A DNA stretch of 54,123 nucleotides from Octopus bimaculoides (Eukaryota). The notes beneath the pieces are model-generated. The model searched no databases. It was not told where the DNA came from and worked only from the letters and a program-made list of their open reading frames with translations. Each line of letters opens with the position of its first letter. Positions within the stretch are counted from its first letter, which is position 1. Positions 24,935 to 36,845 of the stretch are shown in pieces. The translations under genes were made by a program, and so were the position numbers. The stretch covers positions 187,332,759-187,386,881 of the forward strand of contig NC_068982.1 in the NCBI RefSeq assembly GCF_001194135.2, given 5' to 3'.

Positions 24935-25600
24935 CTAATACCGGCATGGCTGCACGTTAAGCAGTTTACTTCCCAACTACATGGTTCTGGGTTCAGTCCC
25001 ACAGAGTGGCACCTTGGTCAAAAGTCTTCTATTATAGTCTGGAGCCGAGCAAAGCCTTGTTGAGTGGAATTGGTAGATGGAACCTGAAAGAAGCCCATCA
25101 TAAATTTGTGTGTGTGTGTGTGTGTGCATGCACATGTGTGTTTTGTTTCCAACCACCACTTGACAACTGATGTTGGTTTGTTTACATCCCCAAAGCTTAG
25201 CAGTTTAGCAAAAGGAGACTGATAGATTAAGTACCAGACTTTAAGAAAATAAGCGCTGGGATCAATTTGTTTGACTCAACCAGGGCCGCAGAGTCAAAAC
25301 AAAAAGCTTTGACTCCGACTCCTGTACTATTGGCACCACCGACTCTGACTCCTCTTTATGTAATCCAAGAGATTGTAGTCTACATATCTCATAAAGCCTA
25401 TGCTTACGCTTGTACTTTGAGAAGGCCCCTAGGTTATAACTGGTATATATTAAAGAATAGAGATATTGTGAGTCGGAGTCGGTAGAGTTTTACCGACTCC
25501 AACTCCATGACCCTGACTCCACAGCCCTGGATGAAACCCTTCCAGGTGGTTCCCCAGCATAGCTGCAGTCTAATGACTGAAACACGCAAAAACTAAAAGA
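24935..25600 (+). mobile_element. SINE-A containing a nested hAT MITE
   Basis: A sequence resumes after 25529 with aaacccttccaggtggttccccagcat. Confidence 0.8.
25281..25529. mobile_element. hAT-type MITE with GACTCC-rich subterminal repeats
   Basis: TIRs CAGGGCCGCAGAGTC / GACTCCACAGCCCTG; decayed 8-bp flanks gactcaac / gatgaaac. Confidence 0.75.
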
Positions 25601-27604
25601 CCAAAAGAAAAACCCACCCTAGGTCCTATATCCATTAGGAAGGGCATCCAGCTGTAGAAAACCATTCCAAATCAGCCTTCCAGCTTGCCAACCGTGGTCA
25701 AACTGTCCAACTCATGCCAGCACGGACAACAAATGCTAAATGATGATGATGATGATGATGAATATGATGATGATGATGATGATTTATATAACAATATGTA
25801 TGAAATACAAAACTCAGCAACTGATAAGTGTTGCTAATAATACACAGAAACAATTGTTGTAATTTGATTTAAAGCCTCTTCAATCTCCATTATTCTTGTA
25901 TTATACATTTCTTGCACTTTTTTTATATGTACACACCCACACGTTATATATATAACGTATTTATGTGTGTGTGTATATATGTATGTATGTATGTACGTAT
26001 GAACAGCATGTATGTAGAACTTAACAGTTTTGTATATGTCATCACTCGACGCTTCCTGTTGAAAAAAACTAGAAAGATATGTTGTGACAAAACCTTGAGT
26101 AACAACACAGACACGCATACACACTCTCACACTCACACAAACAATGTTTGCATATGCACATACATACATATGCACATACACACACACACAAACACAACTA
26201 TTAACATGTACAGGTTTCAAATTTTGGCACAAAGCCAGCAACCCCAGTTATATATATATGTGTGTGTGTGTAAAAGCACAATTCAAGCGTGGTAGATGCC
26301 AGTCCTGCCTGACTGGCTCCTGTGCTGGTGGCATGTAAAAAGCACCATTTGGTCGATGCCAGTAGCATGTAAAATGCACCCACAACGCTCACAGAGTGGT
26401 TGGTGTTAAGAAGGGCATCCAGCTGTAGAAACTTTGCCAGAATAGAAAGAAAAACCCCCTGTAGGAATCTAGAGAAAAGAACTGAAGGGTTTGTGTCAAG
26501 TGGGAATCCCAGGGCAATGTAACAAAGTAGTTAGCATGTTGGGCTCATAATTGTAAAATTGTAGGTTCAATTCCTAGATCAGGGAGTGCGTTGTGTCCTT
26601 GAGCAAGGCACACAGTTTCACATTGCTAAGGCTACCCAGCAAAAACCAAATAATAGATGACAGCTAGTGCAGCCGTTTCTCCTGAAACTGTCACATTCTG
26701 AATGTTCCCCTCAGGGCCAAGAGGGTGTCTCTCTTTCTGTATATGACTACCTAGGCACTTAAAGCCATTAATGAAAGGGTGCTACATGTTACCAACCCAG
26801 TCGTTTTCACTTACAGTGACGGTATGTGGCTTAGTGGTCAAGGAATTTGGATCCAGATTGTATAGTTATGAGTTTGATTTCTGGAAACACATTGTGCCCT
26901 TGAGCAAGACTCTTAATTTCATGTTGCTCCAGTGCATTCACCCGGCAAAAGTGTGTTGTACTTGTATTTGAAAGGGTCAGCTTTGTCACATTCTATCATG
27001 CTGAATCTTCCTTCGAACATTACGTATCTCTGTGGAGTACTCAGCCACTTGCACGTTAATCTCATGAGCAGGCTGTTCTGTCGATCGAACCAACTGGAAC
27101 ACTCATTGTCATAACTGACAGAGCACCAGCTTTATTCACGAGTGATGGTTAAGGCTTTATTGAACCAACTGGAAACCAAACCAGTTATTCCAACTGGTTA
27201 ATAAATCTAGAAATGACATCAGCACAATATGTCTACTGTCACTGAAAGTAGCAGCTGATAAATCTACGACCAAAGACGACATAATTATTTATATAAGAAA
27301 CAAGTTTCCAACAAACAGAGGCATTGCATTGGAAATATAAAGAGTTTGGAATTCAAATTTATTCAAACAGCACTGAATAAATTGCAATTTAGTGTTAAAT
27401 ATGAGAAACAAACTACAAGATTTAATAGTCCAGAATAGTATATAAATCATGATCGGAGTCGAATATAGTAGAGAGGAGATTTGGTGTGCCAGGGTCTGTC
27501 CTTTGGGTATATTGGTCCCTAAAAAAGAGAACTTAGTGGACAGAAACAGACAGAGAGAATGTGAAGGAGGACTTGTGGAAAGTAGGAGGCGACAGTAGCA
27601 ATAA

Positions 27605-27980
27605 ACAGCTTGTGTGACTGTGGTTAAGAAGCTTGCTTGGCAACCACGTGGTTTTTGGTTCAATCCTACTGAACAACACCTGGTGCAAGTATCTTCTACC
27701 ATAGCCTCAGGTCAACCAAAGCCTTGGGGGCAGATTTGGTAGAGAGAAACTGGGTTGAAGCCTATCATCATCATCATCATCATCATTTAACATCTGTTGT
27801 CCATGATTGGCATGGGTTGGATAGTTTGACCGGGGCTGGAAAACTGGAAGGCTGCACCAGGCTCCAATCTAATCTTGCAAAGTTTCTACAGCTGGATGCC
27901 CTTCCTAATGCCAACCACTCTGAGAGTGTAATGGGTGCTTTTACGTGTCAGCGGCACGGGTGCCAATTTGCGTGACACCA
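27605..27980. mobile_element. SINE-A 5' half (+) joined to antisense repeat D
   Basis: A head at 27605-27765, then catcatcatc...tttaacatctgttgtccatg. Confidence 0.75.
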
Positions 27981-28424
27981 ATGCAAGGTGATTATATGTT
28001 TATACATATTCCACTTGAATATGAAGTGCAGTTTATTTTTTTTGAGGCGGGGGATTACATTTGTGCAAAATGTTGAGAAAGCATTACTGATGTTTATAAA
28101 AAAAGTATATTTATATACATGTGTGTGTGTGTGTTTATGTTTGTGTAGGTGTCTGTGTGTGTGCGTGTTTATGCGTGTGTTTTTGGGTTTGCATGTGTGT
28201 GTTTGTGTGTATGTGTGTGTGTGTATGTGTGAGTGTGTTTGTGTGATTGTGTGTTTGCGTGTGTATGTGTGTGTCTTTATGTTTACCAGGGAAACCCAAA
28301 GTATTGAGTCCTGTCAAGATATAAGTTAGTGACTGATGGGGTTCGAAATAAAAGATGGAAAACTATTGCTGGCATTGCCCCAGGATATTCACAGGCAAAA
28401 CAATAAAAATAAACCTTTCAACTG

Positions 28425-28870
28425 TGGGCACAAGGCCTGAAATTTGGGGGGAGGAGAAGGGGGGAAATTGTGGGCGTACATCGAACCCAATATTCAGCTG
28501 GTACGTATTTTACTGACCCCGAAAGGATAAAAGGCAAAATCAACCTCGGTAGAATTTGAACTCTGAATGTAAAGGGTCAGAAATGCAGCAAAGCATTTTG
28601 TCCGGCATGCTAATGATTCTGCGAGCTTACTGCTATGATGCTGACAATGATGATAAGCCTTTCTACTATAGGCACAAGGCTTGAAATTTGAGATCAAGGG
28701 ACTGGTTGAGTATGTCAACCCCCAGTGACCACCTGGTGCTTAGTTTGTTGACTCTGAAAGGGATGAAAGGCAGTCAATGTCAGCCAAATTTGAACTCAGA
28801 ATGTAAAAGGTTTGGAAGAAATGCTGCTAAGCATTATGCTTGGCACACTAATGATTCCACCAACTTGCTG
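28425..28870 (-). mobile_element. Two tandem SINE-B copies
   Basis: Reverse family B motifs at 28425-28635 and 28660-28870. Confidence 0.8.
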
Positions 28871-28883
28871 CCTGGATGATGGC

Positions 28884-28924
<41 letters not shown>

Positions 28925-29739
28925 TTTTGATTTCTCTGACCACAAGGACCCAAAACTTTGAAAATTACACCAAAAGACAAAAGACAATACAAAATTATGT
29001 AAGGGTTTACATCAAAGTCAGAATTAAAAAAAGATAAATAAAATTTGTGTATGTCTTTGGAATGTTTTACCATAAGTTTCTAGGGTGAAAGACCACAGTA
29101 TTGTATTGGATCAGAAAGGGGAAGAATTTTGGTGAGCATGAGTACAGTTGTGAAGGTGAGACTAAGCTACTAATGTAACTTTTAAAGTTTCCTTTTCTTT
29201 TGTCTTCTTTTTGTTTTGAAATATTCAGAAAACAGGAAATAATATAAAAGCTGGTGGGGGAAAAAAAGATGTTTAGATTTCTCTTCAACCAAATGGCTGT
29301 CATTTTTGATATATATATTTTGATAAACAATGAACTGTACTAAACGCCAAGCGTCCCCTGCCCCAACTCCCTGTGAGGGTGGGGGAAAATTAGTTTTAAC
29401 AGGTGTGAAGGAGACCCCCCCACTATGTTTTAGTTTTAACAGCTGTTTATAAAAATGTTCGTTAGGTTGAGATTAAGGGGTGTATTAAGGGAGCAGAATT
29501 TAGTTTAGATAGATTAACAGGTGTATATTAGGGTAAGTATACATACATATATACACACATACCTATATACCTACCTACATATATATATATATATANNNNN
29601 NNNNNNNNNNNNNNNNNNNNNNNNNNNNNNNNNNNNNNNNNNNNNNNNNNNNNNNNNNNNNNNNNNNNNNNNNNNNNNNNNNNNNNNNNNNNNNNNNNNN
29701 NNNNNNNNNNNNNNNNNNNNGGAGTGTGTGTGTGTGTGT

Positions 29740-29784
29740 ATACATAGGTGCAGGAGCGGCTGTGCGGTAAGTAGCTTGTGTGTG

Positions 29785-29838
<54 letters not shown>

Positions 29839-30230
29839 ATATATGTATATATATATATACACATATATATACTGCATGGCAAGTGTCTTTTACTATAGCC
29901 TCAGGCCAACAAAAGCCTTGTGAGTGGATTTGGTAGATGGAAACTGAAAGAAGCCCATCATATATATATATATAAATGTATGTGTGTGTGTGTATGTGTG
30001 TTTGTGTCCCCCCCCCCCCNNNNNNNNNNNNNNNNNNNNNNNNNNNNNNNNNNNNCCCAGCATCGCTTGACAATCGATACTGGTGTGTTTACGTCCCTGT
30101 AACATGGTTCGGCAAAAGAGACCGATAGAATAAGTACTTGGTGTACAAAGAATAAGTCCTGCGGTTGATTTGCTTGATTAAAGGCGTTGCTCCAGCATGG
30201 CTGCAGTCAAATGACTGACACAAGTAAAAG
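29740..30230 (+). mobile_element. SINE-A spanning a small gap
   Basis: Head ggtgcaggagcggctgtgcggtaag and 3' atgactgacacaagtaaaag. Confidence 0.8.
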
Positions 30231-30252
30231 AATATATATACATATATATATA

Positions 30253-31377
30253 TTAGGTTGTCAAGAAAGTTCTTGTGGAATTTTTTATTTTAGTTTTAAA
30301 TGATGTATTTTCAAATTAATTTTCGTTAAATTACTTTGGCTTTATATATCATTTTAAAGCCCGTTTTCCGCTCTATCTAATCGTGTTACTCTTTTTCGTT
30401 TTGAATAATTAGGCCATTTTTTCTGGGAACGTTGAATACAACATGGACAAAAGGCAAATTCGCACAAGTTTCGTATTTCAGTTCAAGCTCGGTAGAAAAG
30501 CTGCTAAAACAGCTCGCGATATCAACGATACGTTCGGCCCAGGAACCACGAATGAACGTACAGCACAATGGTGGTTCAAGAAATTTCATAGCGGTGAGGA
30601 GAGTTTTGAAGATGATAAGCGTAGTAGTCGGCCATCGGATGTTGACAACGATCAACTAAGAGCCTTAGTGGAAGCCAATCCATGCACAACTGTTCGAGAG
30701 CTTGCTTCTGAATTAGACGTAATGTATACGATAATTTCCAACCACTTGAAAGAGATTGGAAAAACAAAAGTACTTGAGAAATGGGTGAGCACGAATTGAA
30801 CGACCCCCCACCCCACCCCCCAAAAAACGCTGTTTTGAAATGTCGTCTTCCCTTCTTTTACGCAACAAGAACGACCCATTTCTTGACCAGATTGTGACTT
30901 GCGATGAAAAGTGGATTCTTTACGACAACTGGCGACGCTCAGTTCAGTGGTTGGACACTGACAAAGCTCCACGGCACTTCCCGAAGCCAAAGATGAACCA
31001 AAAGAAGTTCATGGTGACTGTTTGGTGGTCTGCGTCCGGTGTCATCCATCACAGCTTTTTGGATTCAGGCGAAACTATTATGGCGGAGAAGTACTGTCAG
31101 CAAATGGATGAAATGCATAAGAAACTCCGACAACAACAGCCAGCATTGGTCAGTAGAAAAAGACCAATTCTTCTCCACGACAACACTCGGCTGCACGTCA
31201 CACAACTGACCTTGCAGAAGTTGAACGAATTGGGCTACGAAACTCATCCGCCATACTCACCAGAACTCTCACCTACCGACTACCACTTTTTCAAGCATCT
31301 TGACAACTTTCTGCGTGAGAAATGCTTCAAAAACCAAGACGATGCCAAACACGCCTTGAATGATTTCATCGCCACCA
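30253..31377 (+). mobile_element. Mariner transposon (Hsmar1-like), left TIR present, 3'-truncated
   Basis: TA then TTAGGTTGTCAAGAAAGTTCTTGTGG at 30253; transposase homology follows; no right TIR seen. Confidence 0.9.
30443..31377 (+). pseudogene. Frameshifted mariner DDD transposase
   Basis: MDKRQIR...GRKAAKTARDIN...QWWFKKF HTH region; frameshift in the WVPHEL motif (~30790); TCDEKW, HDN and [10 protein letters not shown] motifs; 32 rather than 34 residues between the second and third Asp. Confidence 0.92.
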
Positions 31378-31840
31378 TCCTGCGTTCTGGTGGCGATGAA
31401 GCCACTACTGGCACAAATGTAAATAATATAAAGAGTGTTCCAGTTGATCTCATCAATGAAACAGAACGCTTATGGAATTAACGTGCAAGTGGCTGAGCAC
31501 TCCACAGACACAAATACCCGTAACATAGTTCTCAGGGAGATTCAGCATGATACAGAATGTGACGAGGCCGACCCTTTGAATTACAGGTACAACTCTCATT
31601 TTTGCCAGCTGAGTGGTTTGGAACAATGTAAAATAAAGTGTCTTGCTCAAGGACTCAACACACTGCGTATCGAACTCGCGACCTTATGATCGTGAGTCGA
31701 ATACTCTTATCACTAATCCCCATGCCTTCACACACAGAAACAATTTTGAAGATGATTAAATTTGCGTTTAAGTGGCTGAGTGCTCCATAGAGAAGTGTAC
31801 GTCGACTGTAAATTCTCAAGTAGAATCAATGTGACGCAGG

Positions 31841-31976
31841 CACTAGTGTAGCTAGAATGTGTACCGCCAGGGGCGGCCCTTCCGTTTGCTTCCCTAGACC
31901 CCACAAAAAACACATATTGCCTACAGCACACCCAAAAGTGCCGCTCCTACCGCCCCGCCGCCTAGCTACGCCAGTG
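31841..31976. mobile_element. hAT-type MITE, 136 bp
   Basis: TIRs CACTAGTGTAGCTAG / CTAGCTACGCCAGTG; 8-bp TSD gacgcagg / gatgcagg. Confidence 0.85.
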
Positions 31977-32519
31977 GATGCAGGTACAATCCACCCGAAT
32001 TTATTTTGTCATATATCTTTGTATTCGGCAATGTCTTTCATGCACCGGTGATTGCTGAAAACACACACACACAGGTGAAAGATATTGCTGGAAACAAAAA
32101 ATAAATAAATAAATATATTTTCTGCAAACTGTCAGGAATATCAAGAAATCAGCTGGTAAAACTTTGACTGTTGCCATACCGAAAGATTGCCAAACAGAAT
32201 AAGAATTTTGAACGAATCTATCAAACGGTAATTTCAGTTGTTTAAAATGTAAAAACGAATATTTGTTTTTTAATCGAAGAAAAGTATAATGGAATTAAAA
32301 ATATTTCGTTTTGCTCACTCTCAGTCGCAACATCATATTTACGCAGCCTTGTGTCAGAAGTGTAAAACCTTATATTTATTTCAATTTTCTTTAGTCTTGA
32401 GTGGGAGATGAAAATATGGTTAGAGAAAATCAATTTGGTGAGAATTGTCAATGTAAATCAGGTGTTAATACATTCTTGTTTTGTTTTTTTTTTCTCTTAA
32501 TTTAATTTCTATGTTGTAG

Positions 32520-32594
32520 AAATTGGCAAAAATATGAAGAAAAATAAAACCACGAAAAATAGATTAATCGCGAAATGAATAATAAAGGGTGATG
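32520..32594 (+). other. Candidate 75-nt non-coding or 5' UTR exon ending in ATG
   Basis: Long polypyrimidine tract plus TAG acceptor at 32518-32519; ATG|GTAAGA donor; stops in all three frames. Confidence 0.4.
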
Positions 32595-33231
32595 GTAAGA
32601 ATTTTCTCTCTTTTTAAATGCGAATTTCATGCGTTTCAGAATTGTGGAATACAATAAAATGAAAAATAGAAAAAATAAAACACTAATCTTTTACTCATTG
32701 TTTTGAAAAATGCAACAGAAAAATTTTGGAAAAATCCCAACTAAAACTGACAGACATTTTGCAATGTGTGGCAAAAACCTACCGTTTAAAGACTTTCATA
32801 TGTTAAAAGCACAGCCTGCTCCGATTTATGGTAGTCGTTGAGAGTGAGGTATGCTTATAACATAAAGTTTTGACTAATTCCTACTAGTGTTCGGCGTTCC
32901 TTCGCTATTGGTCTACAAGGTGTTCGTATGACGAGACACCTCGTTCACTCTCTTTTTCAGCCCAGCTTCTTTATCTGTTATGAGGGAATGCTGTATGGGT
33001 GAATGATGTCGTGTACCAAAACCGAAGGATTGCCCTAGTGATGTTTTATATTTAAATATCATATATAAATGATGGGCACATACACAATATATGCGGTTAA
33101 CATGCAGTTTAATGTCGTAAATAATCCTAAAACACTGGAAGTGATGATAGTCACATACCAACATTTGATAAAAGGAATATAGACTAGCGGCCCCGATTGC
33201 ACTCGCAAAAACACTTCAGCTCATTCTAAAG

Positions 33232-33488
33232 CAGTGGTTCCCAAACTTTTTCGGGCTGCCACCACCCCTTGATACTCGATCCACATTTCTAGCGCCCCCA
33301 CCCACTCAGCACCACTTCCGGCGGATTTTCAAAATAACCTAATTATCCCATTATTTTCTTTGGGTGGGGGCTACATCAATCGCCCCCTTTTGGCCACCCT
33401 ATTATTGCCCCCACTTTTCTTCTACGCCCCTCTTGATCTTTCCGCCGCCCACAGAGGGGCAGTACCGTCCCACCTTTGGGAACCGCTG
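33232..33488. mobile_element. hAT-Charlie-type MITE
   Basis: TIRs CAGTGGTTCCCAAA / TTTGGGAACCGCTG; 8-bp TSD ttctaaag / ttataaag. Confidence 0.88.
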
Positions 33489-33632
33489 TTATAAAGCCTC
33501 GCATGTTACCAGGAACACTTTTGATATCCAATAGGTGGACTTCATATGTGACTTTCGATAACTTCTATATTCTTGGAATTGTCGATTATTCCCTCAATTT
33601 TGTTGATCCAAACGATGACAGTTTCCATACAG

Positions 33633-33665
33633 ATCATAGAAGAGTTAAAAATGGTCGCCAAAAAG
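33633..33665 (+). CDS. Candidate 33-nt phase 0-0 micro-exon (IIEELKMVAKK)
   Basis: tttccatacAG acceptor and consensus AAG|GTAAGT donor; open frame; no homology recognised. Confidence 0.3.
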
Positions 33666-35208
33666 GTAAGTTAAGCGACCGTGTGGGTATAGTAAATGAA
33701 AGGAAATTGTCCGTCATCACTTCCGAGTTTTGAGGACAATTAACGACGGTAAACTCTATGTTAACCATAATATACAATACCCATAAATGATATATAAATC
33801 GCTCTTTTAATCTAATGCTGTCTCAAATATGTATATCGATATACGTATCCGAGACAACATTAGATATAACTCTAGAAGTGTGACCACCCCAACTGACTTC
33901 GTTTTCGGCATAACTACAGCCGTGTGCTTCAGCCATCAACTTTATTTCCTCATAACTGTTTGAAAAGAGGATATTTCTAAATACAATTCACTGCAAATAC
34001 GTTTCGAATGGCGTAGATTACAATTCCGAAACGATTGTAGCCTACACCATCGAAAACGTATTGATAGAAAACTTTATTAGGCGATAAGGAAACAGAACCG
34101 AGCTGTGTGAATTTCGATCTGACCCTAACCTCATATAATTCAATATATCCTTAACCTGTACCAGTTAAAATGTATCTCTGGAAAGTTTCATTAAAAAAAT
34201 ATGCATTTTCAGAAAGTTATTAAGAAAGAAAGTCGGGACACGCATATCTGTAGTTATGCCTAGGTAGGTTATAAAACGACCCTAGATTATTTATAATACG
34301 AAACATTGTTCGCTATTGGGATATCTCAGAGTCTTCCCTTTAAAGACTGGTTTAAAAAAAAAAAACAGCCTGCTCCGAATGATGACAGTCCACTGACCGT
34401 CATTGAGAACAAACTGTGTTTCTAACAACGAAGTCTTCAAATAGGAGCTTCTTTGAGACAAATTCCTACAGCTATTATCGTTTTATGTTTGGATATACAC
34501 TGTATATAAATTATATATATTATACATAACTTGTGTACACTATATAAATGATATAAATTGTTATTTTAATCTAATGCTGTCTTTTAGAGCATATGTCGAT
34601 CTAACTTTTGTTATGTTACAGACGTGTAGTCACCACGAAATATTTCACGAGAAGTTGTGAGATCTATTACTATCCGTAGTAACTGTTATAATTGTGAGTC
34701 AACAACTGTTGTCTTTGTAAAACTTAAAAATACAAATATAATTACAATTTAATTAATATGTATTGTGTATAGGCGGTAATTAGATTTAAATCATGGTAAT
34801 ACATCGTAATCAAATTTCTCTGGTTTGTCTATTCTGTGTAATTGAGTAATAAATACCTAGAAATTTGGGATTTACCACAAGAAGCAGTCTTTTTTATTTT
34901 TTTCCGGTGACATATTTAAAATAAAAATGATCTAGAATTAATTGTCTCAGAATCACATGATAATAAATGATAATTCCCTACAAAAAGCCAGGATGGTTAT
35001 GTCTAGAAAATCTTTGGCCATAGATCTGCTCAATGAGGGTTGACTTGGAGTTAATTAACAACACCCACGATGATAAACTATAAAAGTACAACAGGGAACC
35101 TCAACGCAGTCACTGTTTACGAGAAATAGCAGCCAAATCTCCCTCAATCATACACTAATGTCTTAAAAACAAAAAAAAAGAAACGTTTGAAGATATGGTT
35201 CGTGGGTT

Positions 35209-35540
35209 CACTGTGCATAGGTCGGGTCGCTCTTGAGCGTTACTGGTAACATGTAACCCAGCACAACCTGTTGCATGGTCGGGTCATCGGCGACTAAACT
35301 GGAAACGCCATCAAACTTGCTTGGCGAGGAGGGTGATTGTTGGGCACCCTGCGGGACGAAAAATAAGACCCGTCAAAGGGCGGAAGAATTACTGTGTAGT
35401 CAACGGCCAATTCAACAAGTACCTTGTCGTGGTGAAGTGCCTGTGTGCTCCATTGACCCGGAGAGCTATGCTGGAGGGAGAGAAATCTTCAGGCAGGTCT
35501 TACCAGGCCATACAGGTCAAAGGATAGGAGACAGATAGAA
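35209..35540 (+). mobile_element. Probable 5' UTR of a non-LTR retrotransposon starting with a decayed HDV-like ribozyme
   Basis: GC-richer block starting where another repeat ends; nested-pseudoknot-compatible pairings at 35209-35302; no downstream endonuclease ORF found. Confidence 0.45.
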
Positions 35541-36489
35541 CCTTAAGGACAATAAATCGAATTGTCGGCAGCAGGTCGTGGATTTCGTTATCGGCAGGGG
35601 ACCTAACAGACCAGATTCCTGGCTTTGAATTAGCAGGATGTCATGCAGAGGATCTTGAATACAAGACAATAGATGAGACCCTAATATTCCTAGTTAGACG
35701 GAAACTGCGGGACCACATGGAGCAGCCACCTATGACTCCTATAGTATGCGCAACCGAAAGCCCTAGATGAGATACTGCGCATAAGAAGAAAGACGAAACG
35801 ATCAAGGCTGGTATATCTTTCATTATAAGTCTGTTCAATTTGGACAGGCCTGGGACTCAACGACAATAAACTATATACAGGTGTATGTGTGAACTTTTCT
35901 CAACCAAAGAATCTATTACAATATAAAAGTCTATTTTGTTTTTCTAAAAATATTTCAACCTTTCTCAACCCGTAACTTTTTTTAAAAATATTTTCTGGAA
36001 AAAGTGGATTATCTCCTGAATTATCTTCCAAGTTGAAGAAATTTTAAATTTTCCACTAAACTTGGAAATTTCAGCAGGTGCAGCCAAACAGAAAAGATCC
36101 CGAATTCTTTCGTTTTCCTCCAAGATGTCAAGTCTCCTTTTTAATATCTTCAATGATTTCCTCCTCTCGCTCGTACGTCTATTGTTCCTACTCACAAATA
36201 TCCAAACAGAGATTCTTCGTCATCTATGAAGGCAATCTTATATAATTATTATTATATATAATCATAAACCACTTCAAATATGTTTGAGGCATTTCGAACC
36301 CGTTAGAAAGCCACTGAGTAGAGAAATTTTCTCCCTACGAAAAAGTTTTTCCATCACAAAATACAGCGACTGGCTTTCTTGCGGGTTCAAGCATATTTGA
36401 ACTGGTAACAAGTTTGTAATTATACACATCACTCATTACTAACCGCTGTCATCCCGTATAATACAATAATATGTTTGCTTCTCAATAAT

Positions 36490-36593
36490 ATATTTCCGGG
36501 TTCAGAACCACTGCGTGGGTGAGTGTTTACTGCAATAGATTCGGGTCGATCAAAGCCTCATGAGTGTATTTAGTAGAGGGAAACTGAAAGAAG

Positions 36594-36624
<31 letters not shown>

Positions 36625-36845
36625 TGTGTGTGGTTGTTTGTCCACCACCACCACTTGATAATTAGTGTTGGTTTGTTTAAAAACCCGTAAATTACGGTTC
36701 GGCAAAGAGACCGATAGAGTAAATAGCGGGCATTAAAGAAAGGGTACTGAGGTCGATTGGTTCAATAAAAACACTTGCTTCGAGGAGGTGCCCCAGCATG
36801 GCCTCAGTCCAACGACTGAGACGAGTTAAAAGTAAAAGATAAAAG
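36490..36845 (+). mobile_element. SINE-A, degenerate
   Basis: ccgggttcagaaccactgcg...ccccagcatggcctcagtc. Confidence 0.75.

Noticed and set aside
30840-31481. Active transposase or SETMAR gene
   Set aside because: It is frameshifted from the N-terminal half, 3'-truncated, lacks a right TIR and has no SET domain.
35965-36195. 76-aa basic ORF and a nearby 28-nt GTGAGT-bounded segment
   Set aside because: No recognisable homology; the pieces do not join into a consistent exon structure.
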